Of a DNA stretch of 27,470 nt, positions 1-11,973 are shown piece by piece. The DNA is from Utricularia gibba (Eukaryota; Plantae; Magnoliophyta). Below the pieces are notes generated by a model that saw nothing but the letters and a program-made list of their open reading frames with translations, had not been told where the DNA came from and ran no database searches. Numbering within the stretch: position 1 is the first letter of the stretch; each line of letters starts with the position of its first letter. Where the stretch lies: NCBI GenBank assembly GCA_002189035.1, contig NEEC01000140.1, forward strand, positions 1-27,470, given 5' to 3'. Both the position numbers and the translations under genes were made by a program.

Positions 1-631
1 TAGAACTTAAAGAAAAAGCATAATTTTCAAAATTTATTATAATCAAAATTGTTTCCAAACAAGAATGAAGCCATTTTTAAATAAATAGGGAAATGGGCCT
101 ACACAAAATAAAAGCAACGTTAGTGAACTAAAATGTTATAACCCAATTTTACTCAACTTGATCTAATTTAAATAGGTTGAACTCAATGTCATATGTTTCA
201 TAGTTTTTCTGATTGGTTTACAATTTCATAATAAGTTTTTTATTTTTTCATGTTATTGATCTAGTAATTGTCTCAAGTGAAATTATGAGATGATTAGTAT
301 TATTATTTTCTTCAGTTTCATTATCTTTATTTATATTATTTATGATCGCATCAGCTTTTTTTTTTCAAACAAAAAATTTTAAGAGTAGTGTTTGTCCAAT
401 CTTTTCTTCTTTTGATCCTTTCCTCACATCTCTTTGGCCTGACGAATGCTCCCTTCATATTTTTTTCTCTCATGAATATTATTTCCTATTGTATATTCAC
501 AAGTTTTTATTGATATTTTTTATGATATTCTTGTTTACAACAAAATGAATAAATGTACTAGCAAACTCTTTGCTAAGCTATCAAAATGTTTCTTTGGAAA
601 ACAATTTATCCAATACGTCACTATGTTATTG

Positions 632-700
632 CCTACAAATCTAAAAGCTCTTTCTAAGTTTTATGGTTTCATGGGTTATTACCAACAATTTATCCATCAA
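632..700 (+). mobile_element. Short Ty3/gypsy reverse transcriptase/RNase H-connection relic
   Basis: With frameshifts it reads PTNLKAL.SF.GFMGYYQQFIH, resembling the gypsy motif PxxxKxLRSFLGLxGYYRRFI. No LTR or longer ORF is seen. Confidence 0.4.
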
Positions 701-1689
701 TCTCTGACTTCTTAATTCGACTTTCAACCAGAAATAGTACTATAGAAGCAAAATGGATTATTTGACATTTTCAGAATTTTTTTACTTCTCGTTTCTTTTT
801 ATTCTTTATATCAAGATTGTGACTATTGGATGTACCATTATTTTTGTTTCATGAAGATATTTTGCTTATCTTTAGTTTGATTGACTAGATTAGAGCAATG
901 CCTTAGGAAGATGTGGAAGAAGTAGTCATTTTAGTCTAGATTCAAAAAGAAAAATGTGCTAGTTTAAATCTTCATAACAATCTAGTATATATATCTAGTA
1001 GGGAAAAAAATAATTCTAACTTGGGAAACCCAACCTAGAGGTAAACTAATGGATATATATGATGTAATTAGATAGTTGATTTTTTTGGATAGAGATTAAT
1101 ATGATTGAATAAATCTATTCTTATTAATTTTATAAAATGGTAGACTTGAGGGTAAGGTGAAAATAGGATACCTAAGTAAATTAAAATAAAAAAAAATAAT
1201 TGATTTGAGTAGATTTAGATCATCTTGAGCTAGTTTGAAACATGAGTTGAATGAACATTCCACTTTTAGAATTATAAACATATTATCTCTTTATTTTTAT
1301 TGTCACGCAATTATTGAATTCATGCTAGTTTTTGCTTAAACTTGAAATCGATTTTGAAACTAGAATGTATTAAATTTCATGCAATAGGTATTAAACTCCT
1401 TATGTTCAAGCTTAATTCCACTATACAATTGCTTGATTTGTATCTCTAAAAAATTAGGTTTTATAAATTTTATTTGAATCAAAATTTTCATAATTAAACA
1501 ATGACATGGATTTTCGTTTATCAGAAGTCCAATGTGGAGGAAAAGGAAGGTGGAACTAGTGTGTTCTCCTTGGGAATAATGGTATGAAGAGACACAATAA
1601 GCACTCATTAGAGAGATTAAATAGCCGAGCATGCACTCCATGGTTGGTTAACCATCAAAACTGTCTATAATTAATAATGAAAGAACTAT

Positions 1690-2095
1690 CTGCAATTTAT
1701 AGCCAACATCATATTATCATGTTACATGATCTTGCAAGTCTAAACCAGCACTAGATAGAGTGTTAAATGGTGCAACGTAAAAACTACAATGCTTCAAAGT
1801 TTGATCCCACATCAAATAGAGTGGTATGCACCATTGAGTAAAGCTGCAGTCCTCCACAACTTTAAACCAATATTAGATACAACATTATGCAGTGCTGCAT
1901 GAAGTTGTTCTTTACAATTTTAAACCAACGTTGGATAGGGTTACATAATGCTACATGAAATTGCAATCCTTTGTAAGTTTAAACTACTAGCAGATAGAAT
2001 GGTACGCAGTATTGCATGAAGGTCGTGCCTTTGCAAGTTCAAACCCAACACGAATGGAGTGGTACACAATGTTGCATGAATGTGCAATCATATGA
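1690..2095. repeat. Degenerate minisatellite, ~6.5 units of 58-61 bp
   Basis: The aaacc-like anchor recurs at 1742, 1803, 1864, 1922, 1981 and 2041. Approximate consensus: TTGCAAGTTTAAACCAACACTAGATAGAGTGGTACGCAGTGCTGCATGAAGTTGCAATCC. A truncated unit lies at ~1690. Confidence 0.8.
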
Positions 2096-2222
2096 ATGTC
2101 AAATTTGAGCATTCAATATAAGCATTTTCCTATGAAATCCAAACAATATTATAATAAGATGCAAATATTCAGTTCAACATTTAACATAAGTATTGGTAGA
2201 GCTTGAGAAAATTTTTAAGGTT

Positions 2223-2671
2223 GGTCAATCCATGAAGTTAAACAAGATTTCTAAGTAAAATATAAATTAAATTAACATATAATTTTTTTTAAGATTAGGT
2301 CAAGGCTGAGTTTGCTCAAGCCCAAGCTCCACCTTAAACATAAACATTGTCATATGAAATCAATAGTCATTCCACTAGAATTTGAAATTATTGACCGGCA
2401 AACGGTTTATAGATGTCCGTGCACGGTTTTGAGTTTCGCATTTTTTATTTTAAAAATGATTATGATAAATTATAATTCAATTAATAAATAGAATGCTTGG
2501 TTTTGGATTTCCAAAGTTTGGATGGCAACTACCGTGCTACGTGGACGTCTTGGCCAACATAACTCATTCCGTGGTGTCTTTCAACCAAAAAAAGGTTTAA
2601 ATAGAGGCTTCCATTTTCCCCCCAAATCCAGTCAAAGCAACTAATCCCTTAACGCAAACTCAAACAGTCAA
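2223..2671. promoter_or_regulatory. W-box (TTGACY) cluster upstream of the FMO
   Basis: TTGACY on either strand at 2223, 2298, 2391, 2630 and 2666. TATA-like TTTAAATA at ~2596. Function is inferred from motif identity only. Confidence 0.45.
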
Positions 2672-2672
2672 A

Positions 2673-5146
2673 ATGCAGAAGAGAGTCGCGATCATCGGCG
2701 CCGGAATGGCCGGCCTCCTGGCCTGCAAGCACGCCGCCGCCGCTGGCTTCAATCCTGTGGTCTTCGAAGCCGCGGGGCAAGTCGGCGGGTATGGAATCAC
2801 ACGATGAAGACGACTCGGCTCCAGAACCTGAAACGCTACTTCAGGTTCTCCGATTTCGATTGGCCGTCTCCCGACGCCGACGAGATGTTTCCGGCGGATC
2901 AAGTCCGAGTACGTCAATTCCTACGCCAAGCATTTCGATTTGGCGCGCTACATCAAGTTCAACAGCAAAGTGAGGAGCGTGGATTACGTGGGGGAAAGCG
3001 AAGAGGAAATGGGCATGGGAATTGTGGGGAGGAAGCGGGAGGGCATTTGGATCTAAAGGCAAGTGGAAGCTCCAGGTTCTTGACACCTTATCTAAATCCA
3101 CAGAGGTATTTTTTTTTATTTTAATCACGTAAATTCCCAAGTCAATTAATTAAATATATCGTAACATTATATTATATTCTTTAACTAAGAAATTTAACCA
3201 TAGTTTAGTCATCACCTAAAATAGTAATAATGAAGAGGAACTAGAATGGTGGGGCTGTGGTGTCTTTAATAAATTTTTAAAATATTTAGATTTTTTAAAA
3301 AACTTATTTATGGATTTAAGATAAAAAATGTATTTATTGACTACATTTTTTTTATTAAGTATTGTGTTTGATTAATAGTTATTAAAAATTGAATTTATGA
3401 TTATTAAAATCAAAATTACATTGGTGTCTTTAATAAAATCTTTTTTACTTTCTTATTAATTGTATGAAAAGGGTGAATTTAAAATAATGAGGTTTTTATG
3501 CACCAAACCTATGTAAGAGTTTTGATTGAAATCTTGAAACCCAACTAAATTCTAATTTAATCCTACTTTTGATATCGTTTGAAACCCTAATTGGAGTCCA
3601 TCAATGAGTTAAATGATTAGTGTGGACTATTTTTTTATTAACTTTTAAAATATTATTAATTTAATTCATGTTTTTTCGCCGATTGCTCTTTACGATTTGA
3701 AATCGTTTATCTTGAGTAACAATTTACAGCGATTCTGCCGTAGGAATATGAAGCGGACTTCCTAGTCCTCTGTATCGGAAGGTTTAGCGGCCTTCCGAAT
3801 ATACCAGACTTCCCGATGGCCGTGGACCGGAGATATTCTCCGGGAAAGTCCTGCATTCCATGGACTACTCCGCGATGGACAATGCTGCCGCATTGGAGCT
3901 CATCAAAGGGAAGCGAGTCGTGGTCATCGGCAGTAATAAATCAGCCGTCGATGTGGCTTACGAGTGTGCACTTGCAAACGGTGAGGATTGGTGAATCTCT
4001 GTGTGTTTTTTTCGGTGAATTGCATTTTTCTGAAAGTGATTGAGGTTGGGATATTGTGAATTGAGCTTTGGTCGGCTTTTGGTTTCCAGGAAACGAACTT
4101 CCGTGCACGATGTTGCAACGAACTATTCCGTGGATGATGCCGGACATGTTTCCACGGGGAGTTGATATAGGTGCTCTTCTTTTCAATCGCATTACTGAGA
4201 TGCTGATTCATAAGCCTCGTGAAGGGCTGCTTTACGGTCTCTTGGCTACACTGTTGAGTCCCATGGTATGGTACAAATTTGATCAACATGAAGAATGACA
4301 AAGGTCTAAATTATTTTCTGTTCTCTTTTTTGTAGAGGTGGGCGCTTTCCAAGTTCGTGGAGAGCTATTTGAAGCGGAAGCTTCCACTGAAGAAATACGA
4401 CATGGTTCCAAAGGAACCATTTGTGCAGTATGTTTCCACTTGTAAGGTCATGATCATACCATCGGACTTCTACGACAAAGTGGAAGCGGGAAGTATTGTG
4501 TTCAAGAAGCCTAAAAAGATTTCTTTTTGCAAAGAGGGCTTGATTCTAGATGAACAAAAGGACCAACCATTGGTAGCAGATGTAGTCATCTTCGCAACGG
4601 GATACAAAGGAGACGAGAAGCTCAGGAACATGTTTTCGCGCTCGAGCATCCGAGACATCGTCATCGGCCGGTCTCCAACTTCCCTGATGCCCCTCTACAG
4701 GTACTTTTACTTAGCTTGAGCTTGTATTTGAGTCTCATTGTAAGATGTGTGTTACAACTTTGCAAGTCTATGATGTTTGTTACAGGCAAATGATTCATCC
4801 ACGCATCCCACAAATGGCGGTTATCGGCTATTCAGAGTCTCTTTTGAACATCTACACATTCGAAATGAGCTCCAAATGGCTCGTGGCGTTACTAGATGGG
4901 GCGTTTACGTTGCCCAGCATAAAGGAAATGGAACAGGACATTGAAGAGTGGGGAAAGTACATGAAGAAAATCTCGGTTAATAATGAGTATAGGAGAGCTT
5001 GCATTGCGGGCTTTCACATTTGGTACAATGATCAACTCTGCAAAGATATGGGCTGCAATCCTAGAAGGAAACAGGGGCTAATCCGAGAACTGTTTGAATC
5101 TTATACAGCTGCTGATTATACTGGATTAGACTCCAAGTTGTCATAA
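2673..5146 (+). CDS. FMO1-like: Flavin-containing monooxygenase, FMO1-related clade (4 frameshifts in this sequence)
   Basis: Exons 2673-3105, 3744-3980, 4090-4265, 4336-4700 and 4786-5146, all GT-AG and phase-compatible. Motifs: FAD GAGMAG, FMO signature [28 protein letters not shown]-terminal [17 protein letters not shown]. Frameshifts at ~2789, ~2906, ~3012 and ~3815. Confidence 0.93.
3258..3437. repeat. 16-bp perfect direct repeat in FMO intron 1
   Basis: TGGTGTCTTTAATAAA at 3258-3273 and 3422-3437, flanking an AT-rich spacer. Confidence 0.6.
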
Positions 5147-5345
5147 GTTTTGATGTATGAAATACTTTGCATTGGTATACAGTATGCATATAAACTTTTA
5201 TGTACTCAGTAGGAGCTCTCTTTGAATTGTGTCTTACAAGAGCATTGGATGTGAATTCTCAGTTGAATTTATTTGATCTATTCTTTCTAGTACAATAAAG
5301 AGCCAACCACATCAAGAGTGAACGCTGCTACTGTAGTGATCTTCA

Positions 5346-6907
5346 TCACACTCTGGTATGCTCATCAGCTTTTCCTGCCCAAAACAGATACGAAGTAGTG
5401 TAACATGAAACTGAAGGTGATATCAAGAATCCGACAGACATAGGTAAAAGAGCGCATACTTTAGATGAATTCCAATTGCTGGTAAAACTAAGTTTTTGAG
5501 GACTTGCTGCAGGAACAAGCACTGGTTTCGAAAAATTTTTCTGGGGAGCAGATGCTGATAGTGATGGCAAAGCGCGGCACAGCCAGGAATCCGATGGAGA
5601 TTTTGGTAAAGGCGGAGGAAGTGGGCGCTCTGAAGATTTTCTGCGGAGGTTATCCCGAGTTCTTGCTCTCTGCAGATGCTTCTCCACATCATCTGCAGAT
5701 AGCGACAGAGTTACCTCTAAATGCTTCATGTGGGAGTAAGCAGGAAATGTTGTTTTCTTTTGGATGGTAGAAATAAGCTGTTGCTCTGTTCTTTCCCACT
5801 CTTCATCAATGATACTATCATCCATGGGAGAATCTGTTTCATGCATCTGATTCATAATCCGCGAAGTGATCTCATGTTCATTTTCAGGTGAGGAGGGAGA
5901 ACTCAGATTACTCACTTTCTGCAAAGTATCAACAAGGACAGTTTTCTCAACTACAGAGTCACTTGAATCTGAATCTTTCTCAGGTGGTGTTTTAGTTGCA
6001 GAAGAAAGAGATGCTCTTGATCTCAGATTCAAACTAGGAACATGGTTTTGGAGGTAAAATGGGCTCTTCAGACAAAGATTTGAAAATAAACCACATACCC
6101 AGGAAAACTACCGTTGAAATCACATTCCTTTTCATCATCATCTTCATCGTCCTCTTCTTCTTCTATTGCTGCATCCAAACCAAAATGAGAGTACTTCTTT
6201 GCAAAACTAGGTCCATATCTGAGTTCAGGCTTGCCAAAAAATCCCTGTTTCACTTGCAATGGTTTTTCTCTTGCAAGAGATTGTTTTGGGGGTAAATATG
6301 TAGGTGTCTCGGAAGCAATTGCTTTTGCTGCAGGGATAAACCTCTTCATCATGAACTCATTCGCATGCGGACCAGCTGGAAATTTCTGTGACAGATTCTC
6401 ATCCAAATCCGAGAAGTCACTCATACCACAATTCAAATAAGATGATTCTGTCCAGGACAATCTATCAGGTGCATCTGCATATTCGTCATCACAGTCAGAA
6501 GAACTCTTGCTTCCCTCAGTTTCCCTTCGCAGTTTCTCAAAATCATCAATCTCTTCACTGGGAGATGGACTTTTCACTGAGCCACAGGGGAATTCAGCAA
6601 TGAATCTGCCAGGAGGAAGCTTAGGAGCCATCCGCAGTTCTGGTTTTATCTCTGCCTTGGGCTTTCCAGGTTTGTGTTCCCATTGAAAAGGCACTGCTCC
6701 AGGATCGCTGATAGGTCCAGATTTCAGGTCGGATATGTAGTACGGAAGCCGAGGGAGAACCAAGGGAGACTCTTGTCGATCATGTGTCACTGATGCCCCT
6801 TTTCCAGAATGTCTTCTAACTGATATAAGAGGTTTCTTCAGATCAATCTGCTTGTCATCCATCAGAGACTTCACCAGCCCCTTTTTACCTTCAAGGAGTG
6901 ATTGCAT
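5346..6907 (-). CDS. DUF688-family protein (one frameshift at ~6099)
   Basis: ORFs 6068-6907 and 5346-6032 join if one G is restored in GGG (6098-6100), giving ...FPGVCGLFSNLCLKSPFYLQNHVPSLNLRS.... Family-like motifs: KQIDLKKPLISVRR, DLKSGPISDPGAVPFQWEHKPGKPK and LPPPLPKSPSDSWL. The exact C-terminus is uncertain. Confidence 0.78.
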
Positions 6908-9103
6908 GACAAAAACAATAAAAATAGCAGCTCAGAGAACAAATACCAGGAAAAAACACAACACCCCTTGTTTCACCCAAACAAGGATCATACACCCAAA
7001 GTCATTTGCATTCTCAACTTGGATCCAAGAAACTCATCATAAGTTGGGGATATGTCCCAGTAAAGAATTCATGAAACAACAACATGATTCCCTAATCAAA
7101 TTTCTTGCAAACTCCAATATCAGTGGGAGAACACAGAAAGTTAACCACAAAACGCTTATCCAAAAGAAAAAAAGTGCGGTGGAGCTTCTTACCACAAATG
7201 AGAACCCATCAACTCGACAAGGCTTTTCCGGAGACCTGAATCATTACTTCCCGATGCAACAACACTGCACATGTCTTCCCATTTATTACCCGAAATCTTT
7301 GAACAGAAAAGTAAACAACAAGATTGCGGGTGGTAAAGCAAACCAGATTCTTCTCTAATCTGCGCTGCACTATGCACGAAAAACACGCCGACAGGTTTCA
7401 CGGGGGGAAGACAAAGACCCAGAAAGAATGGAACGAAAAGATTGATTTTTGGAGTCAGGAAGCTAAAGAATTCAGAGAACTTATAGATGGGTTGGAATCG
7501 AATTCATCAAATCGCAGTTTGTCCATCCATTTCAGCGAGATAATGCGGTAGTGGAGTCAGGGCCCAAAGAAAGTTAGACGATAGACACTTTGAACACATG
7601 CAATCAGCTGTCATTCATTCGTTTGCTGTGGAAGGTGACGTTTAACCAGAGGGGAACACCGACGCTACTTTTCAACAGATGCTGAAGCTGAACCGTTACC
7701 GTCAATCTGTTTTTCTTTTCCATTTTTTTATGAATAAAATTACTCTAATATTTTAAATTTTGCAGTCCAGTCAAGCGTCGACTGCCTCATGGTGCTTGTC
7801 ACCAGGCATTCATTCGCATTTTATGTCATTCCATCTGAAACCTAACATGCAAATTAAATAATAATAATCATGATAATACTAATAATAATAGTAGTTGTTA
7901 TGGTTCCAAAGTTATGTCAACAACCGATTAAGTTTTTGTGGTGATATGGATTTATTCTTTTTGGAAAAGAAAAATGCGCAAAAATTGGTGAAATTCGAAA
8001 AAACATGAGAATCACAAATGATTCTATTCAAATTAATGTTTAAAATCAACTAATGATGAAAAAAAGAACGAAAGTTTACCTCCCAACAATGAAGAGCTTG
8101 CGATCAGGCTACACTCTATTAAAGATTGATGAGATGATATATATACGATTTTATTTTGTTTCATTTTAAAACATATTTTATTATTATTATTGAGATTCTA
8201 ATTTTTACTTTACCTATCATTGTATCTTAAATCTATATTGATTTTTAATCTTTTATATTAATTCTATATTTCGAAAATAAAATATATTTTATGAATTTAT
8301 ATAACATTTTCGACTCAATTTAAAGATAAATCAAAATTTAACAATTCATGAATTTGAAAATGTATGAATTCGAGCTTAAAATAAGGCTTAAGTTGCATGA
8401 AGAATGAAAATTTGATCCAATATCTTAGGTTCACATGAATATCTAAATAATGATGTTGTTTTAACCAATTTTCTCTTATATTTTTCATATTTTACAGTCA
8501 AATGTATGCGCTTGAACACTTTTTCATAAAGAATATTATGCAAATCCTTGTATATGTTGATATTTTATTATGTTATTTGATATTTAATTTAAAATTTTTC
8601 TTGTCAATTTGCTCGTGTGTGGCTAAAGACTAAGTACATGTTAGAAAATCCAAATTCATCTTCAGCATCTAAGTAGAAGTGTTCAATTAGGAATCATTAT
8701 TGAAACACATTTAACCTAACTTATATGGAAGGTGTAAACTATAGGATTTAGAATCCAATGTTGAGAATAATAGATTATCAAGGTAGGTGAAATGATTTTG
8801 GTAATATGATTGATTATATAATTCCACTAACAAATTATGATGTTATAATAGTTATCGATTAGTATTAATTTAGAATAGCACACATATAAAGGGGAGCAAA
8901 CATTTACACTGATGAAGTAATGATCCAAAATGATTATTTTCTATAATTTTACATCATTTTTTTTTGTTTTTTTTTCCATTTATTTTTGTTCATGTTTAGA
9001 AAGTACAACATAATCATTTTTATGTAGAGTACCTTTTTTATTATTTCAATGATTCTATTATACATGCATAATTAACCCTATTGGGAAGTCATATGGTTAG
9101 CTT

Positions 9104-9585
9104 TAGCGTTTTAAAAACGGTTTGAACCCATTCAACCATTTAACTATGGTTTTGGGTTGAACCCTTTTTAAAATAGGTTGAATCAGTTTCATTTATTTTA
9201 AGTTATACTTATTAAAATATTAAAATACAATTATAAAACCATAATTTAGTACATCAAAATATTAAAAAATAAAAATATGTATCTTAATAATTGATACAAT
9301 TACATTAAAAAGTTTTATCAAAATTATTTTTATTGTTTCATATCTCATTCAAATAATATATAATTTAAATACAAATGCAATACAAATACATATATAAAAA
9401 TATAATTATTAAGATTTATTTGAAATATATCAAATGTTTAAAATATGTTTTATATTTCTTTATAAACATTCTCATAAAGTAATAATAAAAAATTAAAAAA
9501 AAAAAGTAGAGTTGGATCCAGTCCATTAAAACATGGATTAGGATCTAACCTGATCGAACCATGGACCCAAGTTTTTAAAACACTG
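9104..9585. mobile_element. Non-autonomous hAT-type MITE, 482 bp
   Basis: TIRs TAGCGTTTTAAAAAC (9104-9118) and GTTTTTAAAACACTG (9571-9585) match at 13/15. Perfect 8-bp TSD GTTAGCTT at 9096-9103 and 9586-9593. AT-rich interior with GAACC/GGTT-type subterminal motifs. Confidence 0.92.
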
Positions 9586-9932
9586 GTTAGCTTGAACTAA
9601 AGATCAATTCAATGTCTCCTTTTAATGTGAAATTTATGTCCTTTTATATAAGTCACTTTCTTCATTAGATGGAACCACCTTATACACAAGATCATATCTT
9701 AATATGATTATAGTTTAGATATAAGGGATCTTTTATTACTTCTTGAGGAATTATGGGTTTCATGAGGACTTCCAACATATGGAATTTCATGATATAAGAT
9801 GAAATGCTATGTAGATTTATATTTAATTTTGAAAAGTTGTTTGGATAATAATTTCAAATGATTGATTTTACATTTATAAAATAGTAAAAAAATTGAGAAT
9901 AAACATTCAATTTAATATAAAATATATGAATT

Positions 9933-10316
9933 CTAGAAAAGCATATATTTGAATTTTAAAATTAATTTTAATTTAAAATTATTTCCAAACGCAAGTAGAT
10001 GCAATAAAATACCCCTGAAGTCTGAAAGCCATAACCTAAAACCTAAAACTGTGCAGCAACGATGAGCAGTACTTCCAGTGGAGAAGGAAGAAGACAGTTC
10101 ACATTTCTGGAACGATCCGCAGGTAGTGCCCTTCCCACTTGGAAGTGAGAGTATGCGCTTCCTGGAGACAATGCGGAGCACAGCAGCACAGCACAGCACA
10201 GCGATCCCGAAAGAGTCGTTGAAGGATGAAGGAGGAGAAGGAGGAGGAGGAGATGCCCGAGAGAATCTGTTCACGCAGACATCAAAAGATGCGAAGGACG
10301 ATGCAGCAGCATTCAT
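9933..10316 (-). other. Candidate orphan small ORF (127 aa) in a GC-rich island
   Basis: ATG in acaATG context. Ser/Pro tract, hydrophobic FGIAVLCCAAVLRIV followed by SRKR, and a Cys-containing tail. No family recognised, and an antisense ORF overlaps it. Confidence 0.22.
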
Positions 10317-11478
10317 TGTGGTTGAAATCGCTTCTCTTGACTACCCCTCGGCCTCTGCCCCAAAGAATTCATTTTTTTAGGACAATCGTACTGTGGAGCT
10401 AATGCCCCACGACAACTACACTCAGCCCAACCAAGGCGGGCATGTCCGGAGCTCCTTCTGGGTTCTCGAGCCGACTCAAAAAGGGGTAGGTTCAGGTTCA
10501 GGTTCATTTCATCGAAAAAATGTCCACCATTAAATTAGTTTGTTTGAGCTGATCCATTTTCAAGAACAAACAAAACCCATGGGCTTAATCAGTGGAGTCG
10601 ATATAAGGTTTCGACATTTTCTTACCGTCAGATTTCTACTGCGGACAAGCTTCAATTTCCAAAGAGTAAAAGCACTTTTACCAGCCAGGGAGGGGTGATT
10701 TTTCTGGTTGCTTTGTCACATTAAAGTCGTTTCAGTTTAGAACCCTAAAGTGTCGGCCTTTCTTTAAGCCATGAACAGAAACAGCAGCATTACCTCATGC
10801 GTGTTTTGTAAATTGGACAAATTCTTTCTCTTTCTTAGACACAGGTACTGTGCTTTTTCATCGTAATGCCCACAGCCAAAAACCCTAGAGCTGTTCTGAG
10901 TGTTAATGCCTGTAAATCATGAACGAATGCGGTTTAGGGTTTACATAAACACTCACAAAACCTTACTCTTTTGATAGTGGGATCAAATTCATTTTCTAGA
11001 AAATGGAGTCGATCTGCTAATGAAGACTCCATTGAAACAAAGCTTAAATGAAGGAGTTTTAGATCTATAAAGGACTGGTTCCACTGTGCTGACTGTGCTC
11101 GATCGGTGGTTGATGGGGCGTTGCAAAAGGCAGAAAGTAGAGGACTCTTGGAGCACAGCCGCCCTGAGCCGCTGACCAGTTCCTAGGCAGGAATTGAGTT
11201 TTTCTTTCTCAGATGAGATAATAAAGAAGCAGGCGATTGAATCTAGAGCTTGTGATCATTCTCTAAGCTTGATAAAGTGCTGAGCTGGGGTTTCCCTAGA
11301 ACTTTACAGTACAGTGTGATTCATACTGTTCTTGAGATTCATAGTCATGTGATCCATGAGTAACACCATGAATTCGAATACGCAATCACTAATTTTACAG
11401 ATACAGAAGAAAAAGAGGAAGAAAGGGCAAGATGGAGAGAGCTGGTGGGATTCTTAGTTTACCAAAATGTCCAGCAAA

Positions 11479-11973
11479 TCATGGAAAGGGAGAAGAGGAA
11501 GAAGGTCCCCCATCATCATTTTTGCTCGCCTTCTTCTTCTTTTTATCGTACGGCACTCCTCTAGCCTTCCCCTGATGCTCCTTCACCTGCTTCAGATGAT
11601 TCTTTATGTGCCCATTAGCAAACGGGTTGGTCTCCGCCGATCCCCGTTCTCCTCGTAGGCGGCGCGTAGCCTCCCGATCAGGGCGTCGAGGCTCCCCCAA
11701 GCCTGTCGGAGCGGACACGGACACGGCGCCGGCGGCTCCGGGTGTCCGAAGAAGATACACCCTTGGTAATGAACCTTAGTTTTCCCGAACTGGTCCAAAT
11801 ACTGGAGGAACTCGAGGACGTGGGCGCTGGTGCAGTGATACAGGGCCACCGGGGGGCTGGTTCCGGAGGAACTGATTGAAAGTATTCCAGTCACGGCGTT
11901 TCTGCGACTCGTAGCGGCTCGGCGCCGGTGGACCGGACTCGGAGACGGGGAGGGGAACCGGAGACTCGGCCAT
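11479..11973 (-). CDS. LSH: ALOG-domain (LSH/G1-like) transcription factor (2 frameshifts)
   Basis: Joins three frames: MAESP...[22 protein letters not shown] / [29 protein letters not shown]...[27 protein letters not shown] / [38 protein letters not shown]. Shifts at G6 11851-11856 and C4 11642-11645. Stop TGA at 11481-11479. Confidence 0.93.

Noticed and set aside
1690-2095. Minisatellite as a CRISPR-like array or a 20-aa repeat protein gene
   Set aside because: There are no unique spacers and the context is eukaryotic. The period varies from 58 to 61 nt, and stops break every frame.
2374-2426. Helitron 3' end (CTAG plus CCGTGCACGG palindrome)
   Set aside because: The palindrome is short and too far from CTAG, and no 5' TC end could be defined.
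2660-7551. Antisense or alternative-frame ORFs over the FMO and DUF688 genes (for example 2660-2917, 2841-3140, 3924-4301, 5504-5770, 6852-7358)
   Set aside because: They are shadows of real coding exons or UTRs and show no recognisable domains.
8639-8832. TGTTAG...CTAACA as a solo Copia LTR
   Set aside because: The termini fit, but the 5-bp flanks GTACA and AATTA are not a TSD, and no PBS or PPT is visible.
10020-11200. miRNA precursor in the GC-rich region
   Set aside because: I recognised no conserved plant miRNA sequence and no long hairpin. RNAfold plus small-RNA data would be needed to exclude a lineage-specific one.
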